A stretch of 64,000 bases of DNA from Monocercomonoides exilis PA203 (taxonomy: Eukaryota; Protista; Preaxostyla): the NCBI GenBank assembly GCA_001643675.2, contig LSRY02000053.1, forward strand, positions 124,001 to 188,000, written 5' to 3'. Position 1 is the first letter of the stretch. Each line of letters opens with the position of its first letter. Of this stretch, positions 49,846 to 62,718 are shown one piece after another. Both the position numbers and the translations under genes were made by a program. Below the pieces are notes generated by a model. The model was not told where the DNA came from, made no database searches, and saw only the letters and a list, made by a program, of their open reading frames with translations.

Positions 49846-52787
49846 ATGCGATATTCTTTGTTGTTATTTCTTTTTTTTATTTTTCAAACAACTCAAAATG
49901 AACACAATTTGATTATCAAAAAGTTGAACAAAGAACTTGAAACGAACAAAAACCAGTTTGCAAAATTCTCTTATCTGTAAATTCATTTTGGATGTTTCGA
50001 ATTTTCTTTATTCACTTGCAGAAACATCAATTACAAAGCTGATGAAGTGGATGAAGTTTATCTAACTGTGGATGCATCAATGAACACAACATGCTCAATT
50101 GTGAATTCACTTTTTATCTCCTCGAACAGCTCTGTAAAAATGATTTCATTGGTGTTTAAGACATTCAGTTCTCCGCCCACAACAATTGACAAACATTCTT
50201 CAATGAAGTTCACAAACTGTATTTTCTTCGCTTCATCATCTTCTTTGTTTGTGCTTCAAGGAGGGACTCTTTGTTTGAATAACTTAAGTGTTGTGTCTCA
50301 TGCAAATACGAATATTCAAAATCTAATAAAAACATCAAGCGAAAAATCTTCATTTGTTATTCGGAATTCTATGTTTTCAAATCTTATTGTTTCATCGCCA
50401 TCTCATTTTCTGTATTCGGAGTTGTGTCAAAGTGTGGAGGTTGGAGATTGCAACTTTTCCAATATCTCATCTAATTCTCAATCGAAGGACAATCATAAAA
50501 CAAAACATACATGCTGTTCACAATTAATGGATAATTGTGCTGTTATCTCAACCCCTTCAAACATTTTCTATTCTTGCTTTTCTGGTAATGAAGACTGTTC
50601 TCGAATGTGTTTATTTCGAAACAACTCATTTTCATTTGTGACACGAGTTGATAATTATGAACTGAAAGAAAAAGTGAACACAACAGAAACTCAATCCTTT
50701 GAACACTGCGAATGGGTGGACTGCACAGAAGAAAAAGGAGGAGCAATATTTGTTCATGATAATTCTGAAGCAACATTAACAGTTGAGAATTCATCTTTCG
50801 CAAGATGTCACGCTTCTGTTTCAAGAGGTGGTGGTTTATATGCGTTGAACATTGCTGAATGCATCGTAAAATTCACATCATTTTCTCAATGCACATGTGC
50901 AGTGACAAATATTGATTGCGGAGGAGGTGGAATAATGGCAGAGAATGTCCAAATTCAATCACTTGTTGATTGTTGTTCTTTCCAGAACTGTTCATCAGGA
51001 AACGATGGAGGAGCAATAAATTTCAAACCAACAATGACAAAAAGGCAAAAACGATGTATAGTTGATTCAACGTTTGAGCACTGCTGGGCTAACAGTACTT
51101 CAGATGGAACTGGTGGAGCAATAGAACATTGGCAAAGCGTTGATAAAGTCATAATTTCAAATTGCCTGTTTGCTCATTGTAATTCGAAGTGTGGAGGAGG
51201 GGCTGCAAGCATGCTTGTTAATGGGAAAAATAATGGCATACTTTTATATTATTGTTTTTTTCACAATAATAAATGCCTCAAATTTGGTAATGATATTATT
51301 CTTCATGATTCAATATCAAATAATATTGATATAAGCTGCTACTCAACTGGAATCTCATCAAATAGAGTTAGTACAAGTTATTTGAATTTTGTTGATAGAA
51401 GTGACTGGCTTCGGAATGATGGAGGAAGGATCAGATATGTGGGATCGAAGCAGAATCAGGAGAATGCAAGAGATGCATTTGCATGTGGCATCAATGAAAG
51501 CCATCCCTGCTGCACAGTCAGCCATTGTCTGACACAGATGATTCCAGGTGTTGTGCAAGACATTGAAATACTGGGAGGAACAATTGTCGAAACATGCAGT
51601 GTGGATTGTGGTACCAACACATTCACAATATGCGGGCAAAGTGATTCGAGCACGACAATGCAAACAGAATTTGAAGCAGCTGGATTGTTTCTCTTTTCAG
51701 TCTCTGTAGGAACATTAAATTTGAATAACTTTGCACTTGTATATGACTTTTCATATGTAAATAATCGGGGTTCAAAGCTGTTTGAGATAAGCAGTGCAGG
51801 AGAGATGCATATAAGCAGATTGACCATATCTGCAGGAAGCGGTCAAACTTCAGAAACAGCTTTTTCAACAGGACTGATAAATGTTCAGAATGGTAAGTTG
51901 CAGATGGATCATGTGAAGTGGGCAAAGACCATCTCCACTGTTTCATTGTTTTCGATTTCTTCAACGAATGCAGTTTCATTGATACTATCGGAGTGTGCCT
52001 TTAATGGGATTGAAAGAACAACAAATGATGCAGCTGTGATGTCATTATCCAATAGCAAGACAAACATTGACTTTAATTCAAGTGTATTTGAAGAGTGTGG
52101 GAGCGCAATTTCAGAGAATGGAGGATCAACAATGCTGTATATTGGGGATGCAAATGAGGTGAAAGTGAAAGATGGGTCTTTTGATGAGTGCTATTGCTCA
52201 GCGACAAATGGACTAGGAGGAGGAATCTTACTTCGGTTGATGAATGAAAACCCCAATTTCCTGATTTCTTCTTCCTTTGGCACAAACACAGCCAAATGGG
52301 GAAATGATATCTTTGTCATTTCTCCAAATCTGGAAGAAACTGCAAAGTCACAAAAAATCACATGTGTAACAGCCTCTTTGGATTCTCTTGACAAGATGAG
52401 AGGATACGATGGCGGAAACGCTAGTGTGGCCATTCCTCTGTGCATCTATCTTCTTTCTCCTCTATCAGAGATTTGCGTGAGTAACGTAGAGGCATCCAAT
52501 CACTCGCATTGTGGAATTGTCCAATTTCCTTGTTTGACCTTGAAGCACTCCCTCACGCGGTTGGCAGGAACAAAGAAAATTATTGTGAATGGAATGATAA
52601 TGATGAGCGATGAATTGACATTTAGTGAACAGAAACATGAAATCCGAGGAAAAGACGATAAAAGTGGATGGACAGTTTCTGATTCCACCGCAGGAGCAAA
52701 TACGGCAATGGTTGCAGTTGGGGTTGAAACAGTCTTATCAACTCTTATCTTCTCTCTTCCTCCTTCTCTTTCACATTCCACTTTTAT

Positions 52788-52818
<31 letters not shown>

Positions 52819-55800
52819 CTGACTTTGTCTCAATGTTCCCTTTCTCTTCAAAATCCTTTATCAAAATTGACATTTGCATTCTTGTCTGTTGACTCGGGGA
52901 TGTTAACAATTGACACATTCTCAGCTTCGTCAATGATATTGAGCGGAAGTCCATTGATCTCGTTGTCAGGAAGCAGCACAGAAGCAGAATTAAAAAGCAT
53001 TCAGATGAATGAAGTTGGAACAACTTATGCATCAGGCTTGCTTGAAGTGAAGAATCTGGCTTCACTTCAAATGAGTGATTGCATTCTTTCTTCGACTGCT
53101 TCATCAGAAAGAATGGCATCCTCTCGTTTGACCTCTTCCACAAGTGCCAAGAAAATTGAAATTGTCCGCTGCACTCTTCACAACTTTGTAGGAATAAATC
53201 AAAACGGGGGAGCGATTGAATGTAAACTTGAAAAAGGCTGCTCTTTTGTGCTTGAAGAAGGAAACATAACTTCGTGCAAAAGTATGAGGGGAAATGGAGG
53301 AGGATTATGGATGTATATGAAAAGTGGATCGAGCTTCAGTGTTGGTAATATCACAGAAGCTGCTTCAAATAATGGAAATGGGATTGAGAAAAAGGCAAAG
53401 GTGGGCTTTTTTAGAGTGTGAGGCAACTGCAAATGAAGATGGAGGCAAAGGATTGGGAGGAGGACTGTATTTGTTTTTGGAAGATGAAGCATCTGACTTT
53501 GCTTTGAAGAGTGTGCTATTTGATGGGTGCAACGGAGGGAAAGGGAAAGATGTGTTTCTGGATGCTGATGATTTGAGTGCTGTGACTAATGCAGCAACAT
53601 TTTGTTTTGGTATTGATTTGAATGTCTTGGAAAAGTTGAACGGCTTTGAGCGCTCAACAACAAATGAAGAATTCGAAATACCGCTCGTTGTGTATCTGTG
53701 GAATAACTTCACAGCACCATGTCACGTGGGTGGACAAGAGGCTCATGATTTCAGTGGTTGTGGATATGTTCAAGTTCCGTGCAGCACGATCACAAAAGCA
53801 GCCAGTTTGAGGTTTTCAGGCAAAAGCAAGTCAATCAAGCTGAGCTCGCCGTTCTCTTTTGGAGAAGAATTGAACATGAAGATAGAGGAATGGAGTGTGA
53901 GCGGAGAAGGAAATGAATCGAATTATGGGATAGCTAGTGATATTTCTGGTGCTCAAAGTGGAATATTCGAGACACACTGTCCAGTATCATTCATTGAAGT
54001 GGTGCTTTCACTCTCAGAAAGAATTGGATCTTATGGAAGTATTTTCCATTGTGTTTCCAGCACATTGACAATTCAAAACTGTGGAATTGTTGCATCGGAA
54101 AATGAATTGCGTATTTCCTTTGTGAAAGCGGAAGGAGGCGAGATTGTGATGAGCAATGTGTTTGGCAATGCAATCGGATGGCAGGTGAGTGCGATTATTG
54201 TTGATGGAAGTGGTGGAGAAGGGCCTTCGATCGAAATTGTGGAAAGCAACTTTTCAGGAAATGGGCAGCAAAGTGGATGCTTGGTTGAAAGCATAAATGT
54301 GCTGTGTTTGAATTTGACGAAATGTGAAGCAGCATCTTTTGTTCGAAGAACTGAAAGTGGAGGCTGTATAAGTGTTGACAACAGGAACATAGAAAATACA
54401 AATACACAAATAAATATTGAAGAGAATGTTTTTGATGGATGCTCTGTGCTGGCTGATGGAAGCAGAGGAGGTGCTATTTTCACGCAGTTGAAAAGGAATA
54501 CTCAATTGAATATGATTTCATGCACTTTCACAAGATGTACTGCTCCTGCCGAAGAAGGCAAGATTGGGCTTGGCGGGGGAATAACGCTAACGTTGGTTGA
54601 TGGCGATCCATCATTTACAATAACATCCCCTGTTTTTGATAACAGCAAACCAAATGTTGCGAAATACGGAAATGACCTGTTTGTTGAATCATCCAACTTG
54701 ACAAAGAGCATCACAAATACATCCCTTCCGTTTGTGCTCGAACGCCTGGCAGGTATTTCGTTGGATTCATTGAGCGGCTTTGATGGAATCGATGCAACAA
54801 ATGCCATTCCACTGGTTTATTTCTGGCGAACATTTGGATCAAAGATATTTATTGGAGGCGATGGAAAGGATGTGTGTGTTTGTGGACTTTCTGATTATCC
54901 TTGTATGTCAATTGATTATTCTTTGGATCGATTGCCTGAAGGAAATAATAAAAGCATAAGCATTTTTAATAGAGCAGTTCTTCGGGGTTGCGTCGATCTT
55001 TGTGGAATTTCAATAAGCTCAAATAATACAGATATGTGCTCTCTGGAGTGTTGTTCTTCACTTAAGGGAGCGGAGGACGCAGCAATGAAAATTCCAGGTA
55101 TTTCCTATTTCGAATTAATAAGCTTCATTCTGCCATCTTCATTCACTGGTAATGAAAATGTGTTGATGCATATTTGCTCTAGAGAAGGATCGTTAACTTT
55201 GAAAAACTGTTCATTCGCAAAAAAGGAAGATGGAGAAGACATAATCAGGTTTGGGCTGATCAAGGCAGATGGAGGAACGGTTTTGTTGGAGTTTGTGACA
55301 ATACGTTCGCTTTCATTTTCCTCTGACATTATATCAATCGCATCTGCAGCATCTTTGACATTCAGAAACTTGACAATGAAAAATATAAATCTGGAAGGCA
55401 GAAGCGGATTGCATATTGATAGGTCTTTCGCTGAAGACAAGAACACGAATGCCGAAGCCGATGAAAGGGTTGTTGTTGAGTGGAGCACATTTGAAGAAGT
55501 GGTCCAGAGTGCAACTGACAGTATTGCGATGATCCGAAATACAGATGGTGATCCAACGAAAATGGTTATCCGCAATTCAACAATCAAAAAATGTGGAGGA
55601 TCTGGATGCGAAAATGGAGGGACTGTTTTGTTCAGATTGAATGAAGGTGGAAGTTTTGATTGCTTATATTCTGCAATCACCGACTGCTTCTGCTCATCAA
55701 CTGGAAGGGGTGGGAGCTTGTTTTTGGAATGCACATCTGCGGCTTCCAAGCCAGCAGCATTTGTGTTGTCGAACATCACGTTCAAAGACAATGCTGCATA

Positions 55801-58800
55801 TCGTGGAAGAGACGTGTATGTGAAGTGCCGCTCGATTGAAGCACAGATCGCAGATGGGCAGTTTTTGCTGGACTTCAGAGCCCCATTTGTGAAAGACCTC
55901 GCAATATGGGGATGCACCTCGGACATGTATCTGGACGAAGAAGATCTGCTGAAGAGAGTTGTGAAGTACCAGAGCGAGACGGTGTTTGTGTCTTCGGCCA
56001 GTGACAATCACGAGGACAGCAAGCAGTGTGGAGGGCTGGATGGACCATGCAGCACATTGAGCGAAGGGCTGCTACACATCATTCCGTCGTTGTATTCGCA
56101 GCTGCTGATCTCCGACCGCACTGCCATCTTGAGTAAATGCAATGCACTGAATGTAACTATCCGCTCGCTTGAATCTCCGTCCACAGCACTGGTATTCTTA
56201 AACTCAGAAATTCCAGATGGAGACAGTCTTATCACTACTTCGGAGAAAGTCCGCATCGAGAGCTTGTCATTCTCTGTTGGCTCTTCCTTTTCATTTTCAG
56301 GAGAAGCATGCATCAGCGAGACAAACGGACAGCTTTATCTCTCGTCTATCCTTTTTGCATCTGACATGCTTTCAAATAGCACCCACCACGTAGCCCTCAA
56401 CTTGTCGCTGCTCAGAGTTGTAAGTGGGCTTCTGTTCATCGATAATTGCACCGTGTTAGAGATTTCATTTGAGCAACCAGTGTTCCTACTGATTCGCAGC
56501 AACAACGTGTCTCTGGCAAGTTTGAATCTAAAGCAGATTGAGCTGTTATCCAATCTATTTGAAGTTGGAGAGTGCAAGAGCGTGGTGATTGATGATGTGG
56601 TTGTGGATGAAGTGAAGTCTTGTGAGGGCAGTGTCATTGCCATTTGTGATGATATGTCGGGAGCTGTATCTTTTGGTAGTTCTTCCATCAAAAATTTCAG
56701 TTGTGACTCTTTTGGTGCATCTGCTCTTTCGTCATCTTCGCCTTCTGCCAGAATAAACCTGTCAAACTGCTCATGCTCGAAGTGTGTGTCATTATCGAAA
56801 AAAGGGAGCATCGTGGATGTCAGCAGTGCGCCTGACATTTCAATGCACATGTGCGAGTTTGTAGGGAGGCAGGAAATGACTAATAGCAAAGAGAATGTTT
56901 GTAAATGGAATGGATCTCTCATCCATTTGTCGCATGCAGCAGCGCTGATGAAGGACGTGACAATATCGAATTCTTCATCTGGCGGATTGTCGTTGGAAGC
57001 AAGCAACATGACGATCGAGAAAGGTGAATTTTATGAAAACAGCCCCTTGATATCGAAGTATCCATCACTCCGCCGGAATATCTTCTGCTTCAATTCTGCT
57101 TCAATAACAATTATCAGCTTGAAAGGTGGAGATGGCTTGAAAGATAATACTTCGTTGTGGATCACGAGCGAAGATTGTAGCATGGAGGGCATTGCACAGG
57201 AACGACTCTCTTCGTTTTTTATTCCTCAATTGGAATCAGCAACTCTGGATGAATCTGAGAGTGAGGCCAAGATCAAATTCGTAGGGTCACTTTTCCTACC
57301 GTGCGATCTATCTTTCAAATTGATATGTACAGTCAACGATGTGGAGTTGGCCGAGCGGTATCTATTTGATGAAAACAGCTTTGTTTCTGAAACTGAAGTT
57401 GTTGGAACAATTCCATCATCAAGGTTAGCATCAGCAGTTGATATGTCAGAACTCTCCACAACAATTGTGTTCGGAAAATTTTCATCCTCAACAATGCCGC
57501 TCTCATTAAAGAACAAATCAGAAACACAGACAAACAGAAATGAAATACTTGTTGAAGGAGGAAAAGAAGGAAAATCTTCATGGGTGTTGATTGTAATTAT
57601 CATGGCTGTTGTTCTTTTAATTATTCTCATCGCCCTTGTCATATTCGTTGTCCGATGGAAAAAGCAAAAAAGAAGAACAGAAGAATTGGAGATAATTGTG
57701 GAAGACACAGTGAAGAAGGATCCGAAGGCGTTTGAGATGGTGACGATGGAGATGTCGCCTGAAGAGCAATGGAGGAGAGCAGAGAGGGAGGCAGAGAAGA
57801 AGAACGAGGAGAGAATAAAGAAGAGGGTGTATGAGAAAAGCTTGGGGCACTCAGAGTCATCTGAGCATTTGCTGAGTGAAAGTGGATCGACTGAATACAT
57901 TTTGGGGAGAGACTCGGACAAGATTCCTCAATGGATGCTGGAGAAGGTTGATGAGAAGGAAGAAGAGATAAGAAAGAGAACTCCTTCACCATCCATCTCA
58001 TCCATCTCGTCGACTTCAACGACAGATACAGATTCTTCTTTTATATGCGGAGAAGATTTGTGTCCAACAACCTCATCGATGTCGAATCTGGTGGATGCCA
58101 TGGCCTGTTCGTCTCCCTCATGAGAAGCTGATTGTGGACTTGAGAGATTCGCTGTTCATGTTGCTGCATGGAAGGAATGCGAAGAAAGAGATGGCGATTG
58201 GCACTCTTCAGGAGAGGGAAGTCTCGGCTGCTCAGATCCTGTTCTGGGTGGTCAATTTGGCACTCCACTCGTTTGACGAAATGGAAAACCCACTCCAATC
58301 ACTTATCAATCTGAGTCCGCACATTGTGCTGTTTTCGGAGCACATGGTCATCTGCATTGCATTGCACTCTGATTGTTCCTCAGACTCTGACACTTCATCC
58401 GTCTCTTCATCAACGGTTGTGACATCTGCAAGTGCTGATGATGATGACGACGACGACAGAGATTCTCTGCCGTCATCAGCGTTTGAGGATGATGAAGACA
58501 ACAGGAAGGAGTGCTTGAGGTGGAAGGCACCAGAACTGCTGATAAACAAGAAGATGGATGCAACAAAGGAGTCTGTGGTGTTCTCGATCGGGATGATGCT
58601 GTGGGAGTGCCTGACGCTTCAGATCCCGTTTGGAGAATACGAGGCTGAGACAGCAGGACAGAAAATAGTCAATGGAGAAAAACCCGACACGAAGGCGATT
58701 GAAGGAACGCTTTTTTGTGATGTTATAAAGGGCTGCCTTACAAAAGACGGAAGTGAGCGCCCGGCACTTGTAAATTTGAAAAGAGTGTTTGCTCAATGCC

Positions 58801-58964
58801 TGCCAAAAGAGGCATTGCTATTTACTATTTCTGACGCAATCTTCGGAATGGACGAAAATAGTAGGATAGGAAAAAGTGGATGCGAAAGAGAAAAAAGGAC
58901 GAGCCAGACATTGGATAACTGTGAAAGCAAAATTTCATCAAAGCAAAATGAAGCCAGGGAGTAA
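49846..58964 (+). CDS. Giant type-I membrane receptor B (~3,020 aa): same stalk, TM and pseudokinase as A, different N-terminal ~505 aa; two apparent frameshifts
   Basis: Signal-peptide-like MRYSLLLFLFFIF at 49846. A probable 45-nt GT-AG intron (49977-50021) removes an in-frame TAA. ORFs 50047-53421, 53324-58123 and 58095-58964 join after removing an extra T (53407-53412) and an extra C (58115-58117) relative to the other arm. Confidence 0.85.
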
Positions 58965-59575
58965 TTGCTTCGTTTGAGCTCAAATTCCGTTCAAACATTG
59001 AAGAAAGGGCAATGCTGCAAAAAGAAACTGAAAGCCAATTGCAAATAAAAAGCTAAGCCGATAAATAAAATTGAAAGGCTTCAAAATGGAACTCTCGTGA
59101 GGAAAATAGCGAGATCGAGTTCTGAAGGAAAATATTGTGCGGTGAATGTTCTCGCGTGAATTGGAAATGTAATTTTTTGATTTTGACACTATTATTTCGT
59201 AAATAGCTTTCGCCAAAATAAACTATTCTCTTTTTGTTTTTGCGTTTTTTATATCTTTGCTATTATTCAGGATTCAATTATTTATATGTTTATATTGTTG
59301 CATTTTCATTGCATGAATGATTTTATTTCCAGGGTTGCAGTTGCCTTGAGTGGATTTGTGGGTTGTGGTGTTGTTCTGTCAATCCACGTTATGAGTGAAT
59401 TAAATACAAATTAAATGTTGGGTAGCTTGCTTGCCAAAATAATAATGAGATGCTTCTTTTGATTGGAATTAAAAAATAGAATTTGAGTCAAGAAAAAAAG
59501 TATTACAACGCTGGACGCATATCTCCCGCGTAACTTTATCTTGAAAAACCAAAGGGCATTTAATGCAAATCAAAA
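51405..59575. repeat. Right arm of ~8.17-kb inverted repeat
   Basis: Begins CTGGCTTCGGAATGATGG (WLRNDGG) and ends ~610 bp past the stop codon. Mirrors 32780-40948. Confidence 0.97.
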
Positions 59576-59979
59576 AAGAAACAAACATGGGCAAAAGAAC
59601 AGAACAATCAAACAAAATAAATTTAAATGAGCAATAGAACTTTCAAAAGTTGTCTTAAGTTCCAAATAAACATTGTAAAGCTGTAAGAAATCTTTTTAAA
59701 GAACAGACTAATTTTTTGAATTGTTAGATGAAAAACGAAAATCAAAAGCACTCTCAAATGGAAGAATAGCATAAATCAATTTATTTTAAAAAAAGAGAGA
59801 GAAAGATAAGTACTTCAATAAATTTGTACTTTTCTTTCGAAACATCAACAGAGATAAGGAATCCGCATTGATAGTAATCTGCAAGCATCGAACACAAGTT
59901 ACAAAATGTTAATCGCATGTCGCACCAAAATCGACCATCCACCGTAATTGTGCTTTCATATCGCTGTTGCTCTTCGCTC

Positions 59980-62589
59980 TCAATGCTTAAGCGTATCAAC
60001 CAGATCTATCACACTAATAACAGTAACAAAAATACTTGCTGGAATCATTATGCAGAGAACAACGATATCAATCACTTTTCTTGCGACTGATGAGCCTCCT
60101 TTCCAGCAAATCTGAATAATCCAATTGAAGCATTTAGTCATTCAAATAAATGAAAAATCCACAAGAATGTTTTAAAAATTTGGGGGGAAAAAAATAATTA
60201 ACAATAATTAAATGAATAATCATAAATATTTTAATATAAATATGGAAATTTCTTCAAATTCAGCGATTCGCTTCACTTTCTTTTCAAGTTGAACTTTGAT
60301 GCGATTTCAAAAACAATATTCCTGTTTCCATAAAATAAATGGGAAGCTTGCACACCTTAAGATGAAGAAGGGGTGGGAGAATGAATGCGAGAAATGAGCC
60401 AAAAGTTGCACCAACCAAGCCAACAAACGCTGGAAAATGAGATCTTAATAAGAAGAATAAAAGTGTAATTGGTGTTCAAATATAAAGTGAGAACGTGCAT
60501 ATATATGAACATAATAATAAATAAATGATTTCAGTTTTTTTATCACATTCAGCAAATATGGAGCACACACAAAAAAAAGATGAAAATTGATTATCATAAA
60601 AAAAAGAAAAAAATAAAATAGAACAGAAAAAGATAAGAGAAGATGGAAACATTCTCTTTTTGTCAATCAACAAATTCCAAATCAATTCACAACTCTTTTA
60701 AATTCAACATAAAATAACAAAAATTATTTTGTACTTTTTTTCACACACTTTAATGGTGTTACTGAAGGAATAGCGGTAAAGCAGATGATCAAAAACCGAG
60801 CTAAATACGCCAGTAACCAGAATTTCATTGGCTTCCTTCTTTTCATGCGGCGCATTGATTTCAGTTCGTCGAACGCTTCGAAGACAGGAAAAGCAAGAAG
60901 ATGGAACGAGACAATGAGAGTCGCCACCAAAAAGACGGTGACAATCGAGCGAAGAACCTGATTTCGCATTGAAACACAGAGAAAAGTATTGGAACAATTA
61001 AAATAAGTAGAAAAAAAAAAGAAAAAATGATTGTTATTTTCGTTTTAAAAAAATCAAAAATTAAATGAGCAATTCAAAATGCAATTCATTTTCATCAAAT
61101 CTCTTTCTCCTTTTCATCTTCATTCTGTTAGCATGTTTCCATTTCTCGGTGCATCAACAATACAAAAACATACAATATATTTATCGCTTATACTCTTCGT
61201 GATAAGCTCAGGGGTGTTTTCGCATAAAAACCAATAGTTGATAAATCCAAACATGGAATTCATTAAGCAGACGAGTATAAGGACAAATACAAGCGATTTT
61301 CCATAATGCTTCGGCTTGGCCATTGACCCTTGAATAGGCAATACCTACTCGCAAAATGCATACATACGAATTATTGATGTGTTAAATCCCATGCCAAAGC
61401 AATCAGAAATTGAGAGCAATTTTTCAAAAAAAAAAAATTGAAATAATAAATTGAAAATAAGACAAAGTCATTTCCAAACAAGTCCTGCTCCTTCAAAGGC
61501 AAATAGCACAATTCCGAAAAATGCAGGAAATCCTCGAAAGTTCACAGCTTTCGGTTCTCCCACTTTGACTCCGCCAAGAATGACTCCTCTGAAAGGAAAA
61601 CGATGCACATGTTCATGTCAAGTCATCGTTCATTTCATGCAGTCCCATAAATTGAAATGAAGTTCAAAAATAATTATTTTATTAAATTTTAGAATTTTCC
61701 ATCAATGAATATTACATAATAATCGCAAAGCAAACACTATCAACAGAATAAGCGCAACAAGAAGTGAAATGTTTGCCAAAAGTGAAAGGATTGCTGTCAC
61801 TTTAAGTGATCTGAGTTTATTAGCAACCGTAGACAATAATAAAATAAATAAATTGAGTTATAAACGATGAATGCAAACCTTATGAATGACATTATAAAAA
61901 ACAATGCAACCATGATGCATACCCAATATTCTTGCCGAATTGCAGGTACAAGTAATTCCAAGTTTTGCGTAATTATAAGCATGTAACTGCAACAACAACC
62001 AAGCTGATAGCTTATAAGTGTTATTTGGACCATCCAAATGCCAATGTTCCCAAAGGCCTCACGTCCACAATCCGCATAAGTTCGAATAAGATGTGATCCT
62101 TTGTATATCTTTTTCATTCAATAGAAAAAAAGTGCATCATCGAAAAACTATATCCTTTCAATTATCAATTATACAAAAAGAATACCTTTGAAGCAACAAG
62201 ATCCATCATACAAAAACCAGCAACCAATGAGGCAAGTGGGAAAGCGATCAATGAAAGTACCCATCCACCTTTTGAAAAACCATATGGTAATCCTTTTTTT
62301 TAAAAATAATAAAAATATAAATTCAATTATTTTCAGCCAAACAAATAAAAAATATAATAATTATTTCTTTTAAAAAATAATCTCAATCATTACCAAGAAT
62401 TCCCGAGCCAACGAAAGATTTAAAAGTGTTCATTATCACCTCAGGAACATTTGCAAGTTTGTCAATTTTAACATCTACAAGTGAGCTTAGTGATGCTGTT
62501 GAATGAATCCTTGTCGCTTCATCATTGATAATATGCCTGCTTGCTCTGCGAAGCAATGGCTCTTCTTCTTTTTCATGATCATCGGACAT
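59980..62589 (-). CDS. Amino-acid transporter, AAAP/Aa_trans (SLC36/38, AVT-like) family, multi-exon
   Basis: Exon translations include NTFKSFVGSGILG|LPYGFSKGGW, RTYADCGREAFG, FFGIVLFAFEG and PIQGSMAKPKHY, with a last exon ..VISVIDLVDTLKH* (TGA at 59980-59982). AT-rich introns separate them; not all splice sites were resolved. Confidence 0.9.
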
Positions 62590-62718
62590 TTTATTTTTTT
62601 CTGATGAATTATAGAAATTCTGATCCTAGTCACATAATAAATTATTATTTTTTACAAAAATTGTTTGCCAGCTTTGTTTTATTCACAAAAAATTACTGAT
62701 GTTTTAAAAAATTAGTCA
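62590..62718. promoter_or_regulatory. Putative bidirectional promoter (129 bp between divergent ATGs)
   Basis: Inferred from geometry only. Confidence 0.5.

Noticed and set aside
40949-51404. Classical invertible phase-variation switch (shufflon-like) driven by the YR
   Set aside because: The arms are identical, so inversion would not change the products. Each tip has its own start and signal peptide, and I saw no copy of the DIRS junction sequence at the arm boundaries. Kept only as a speculative link.
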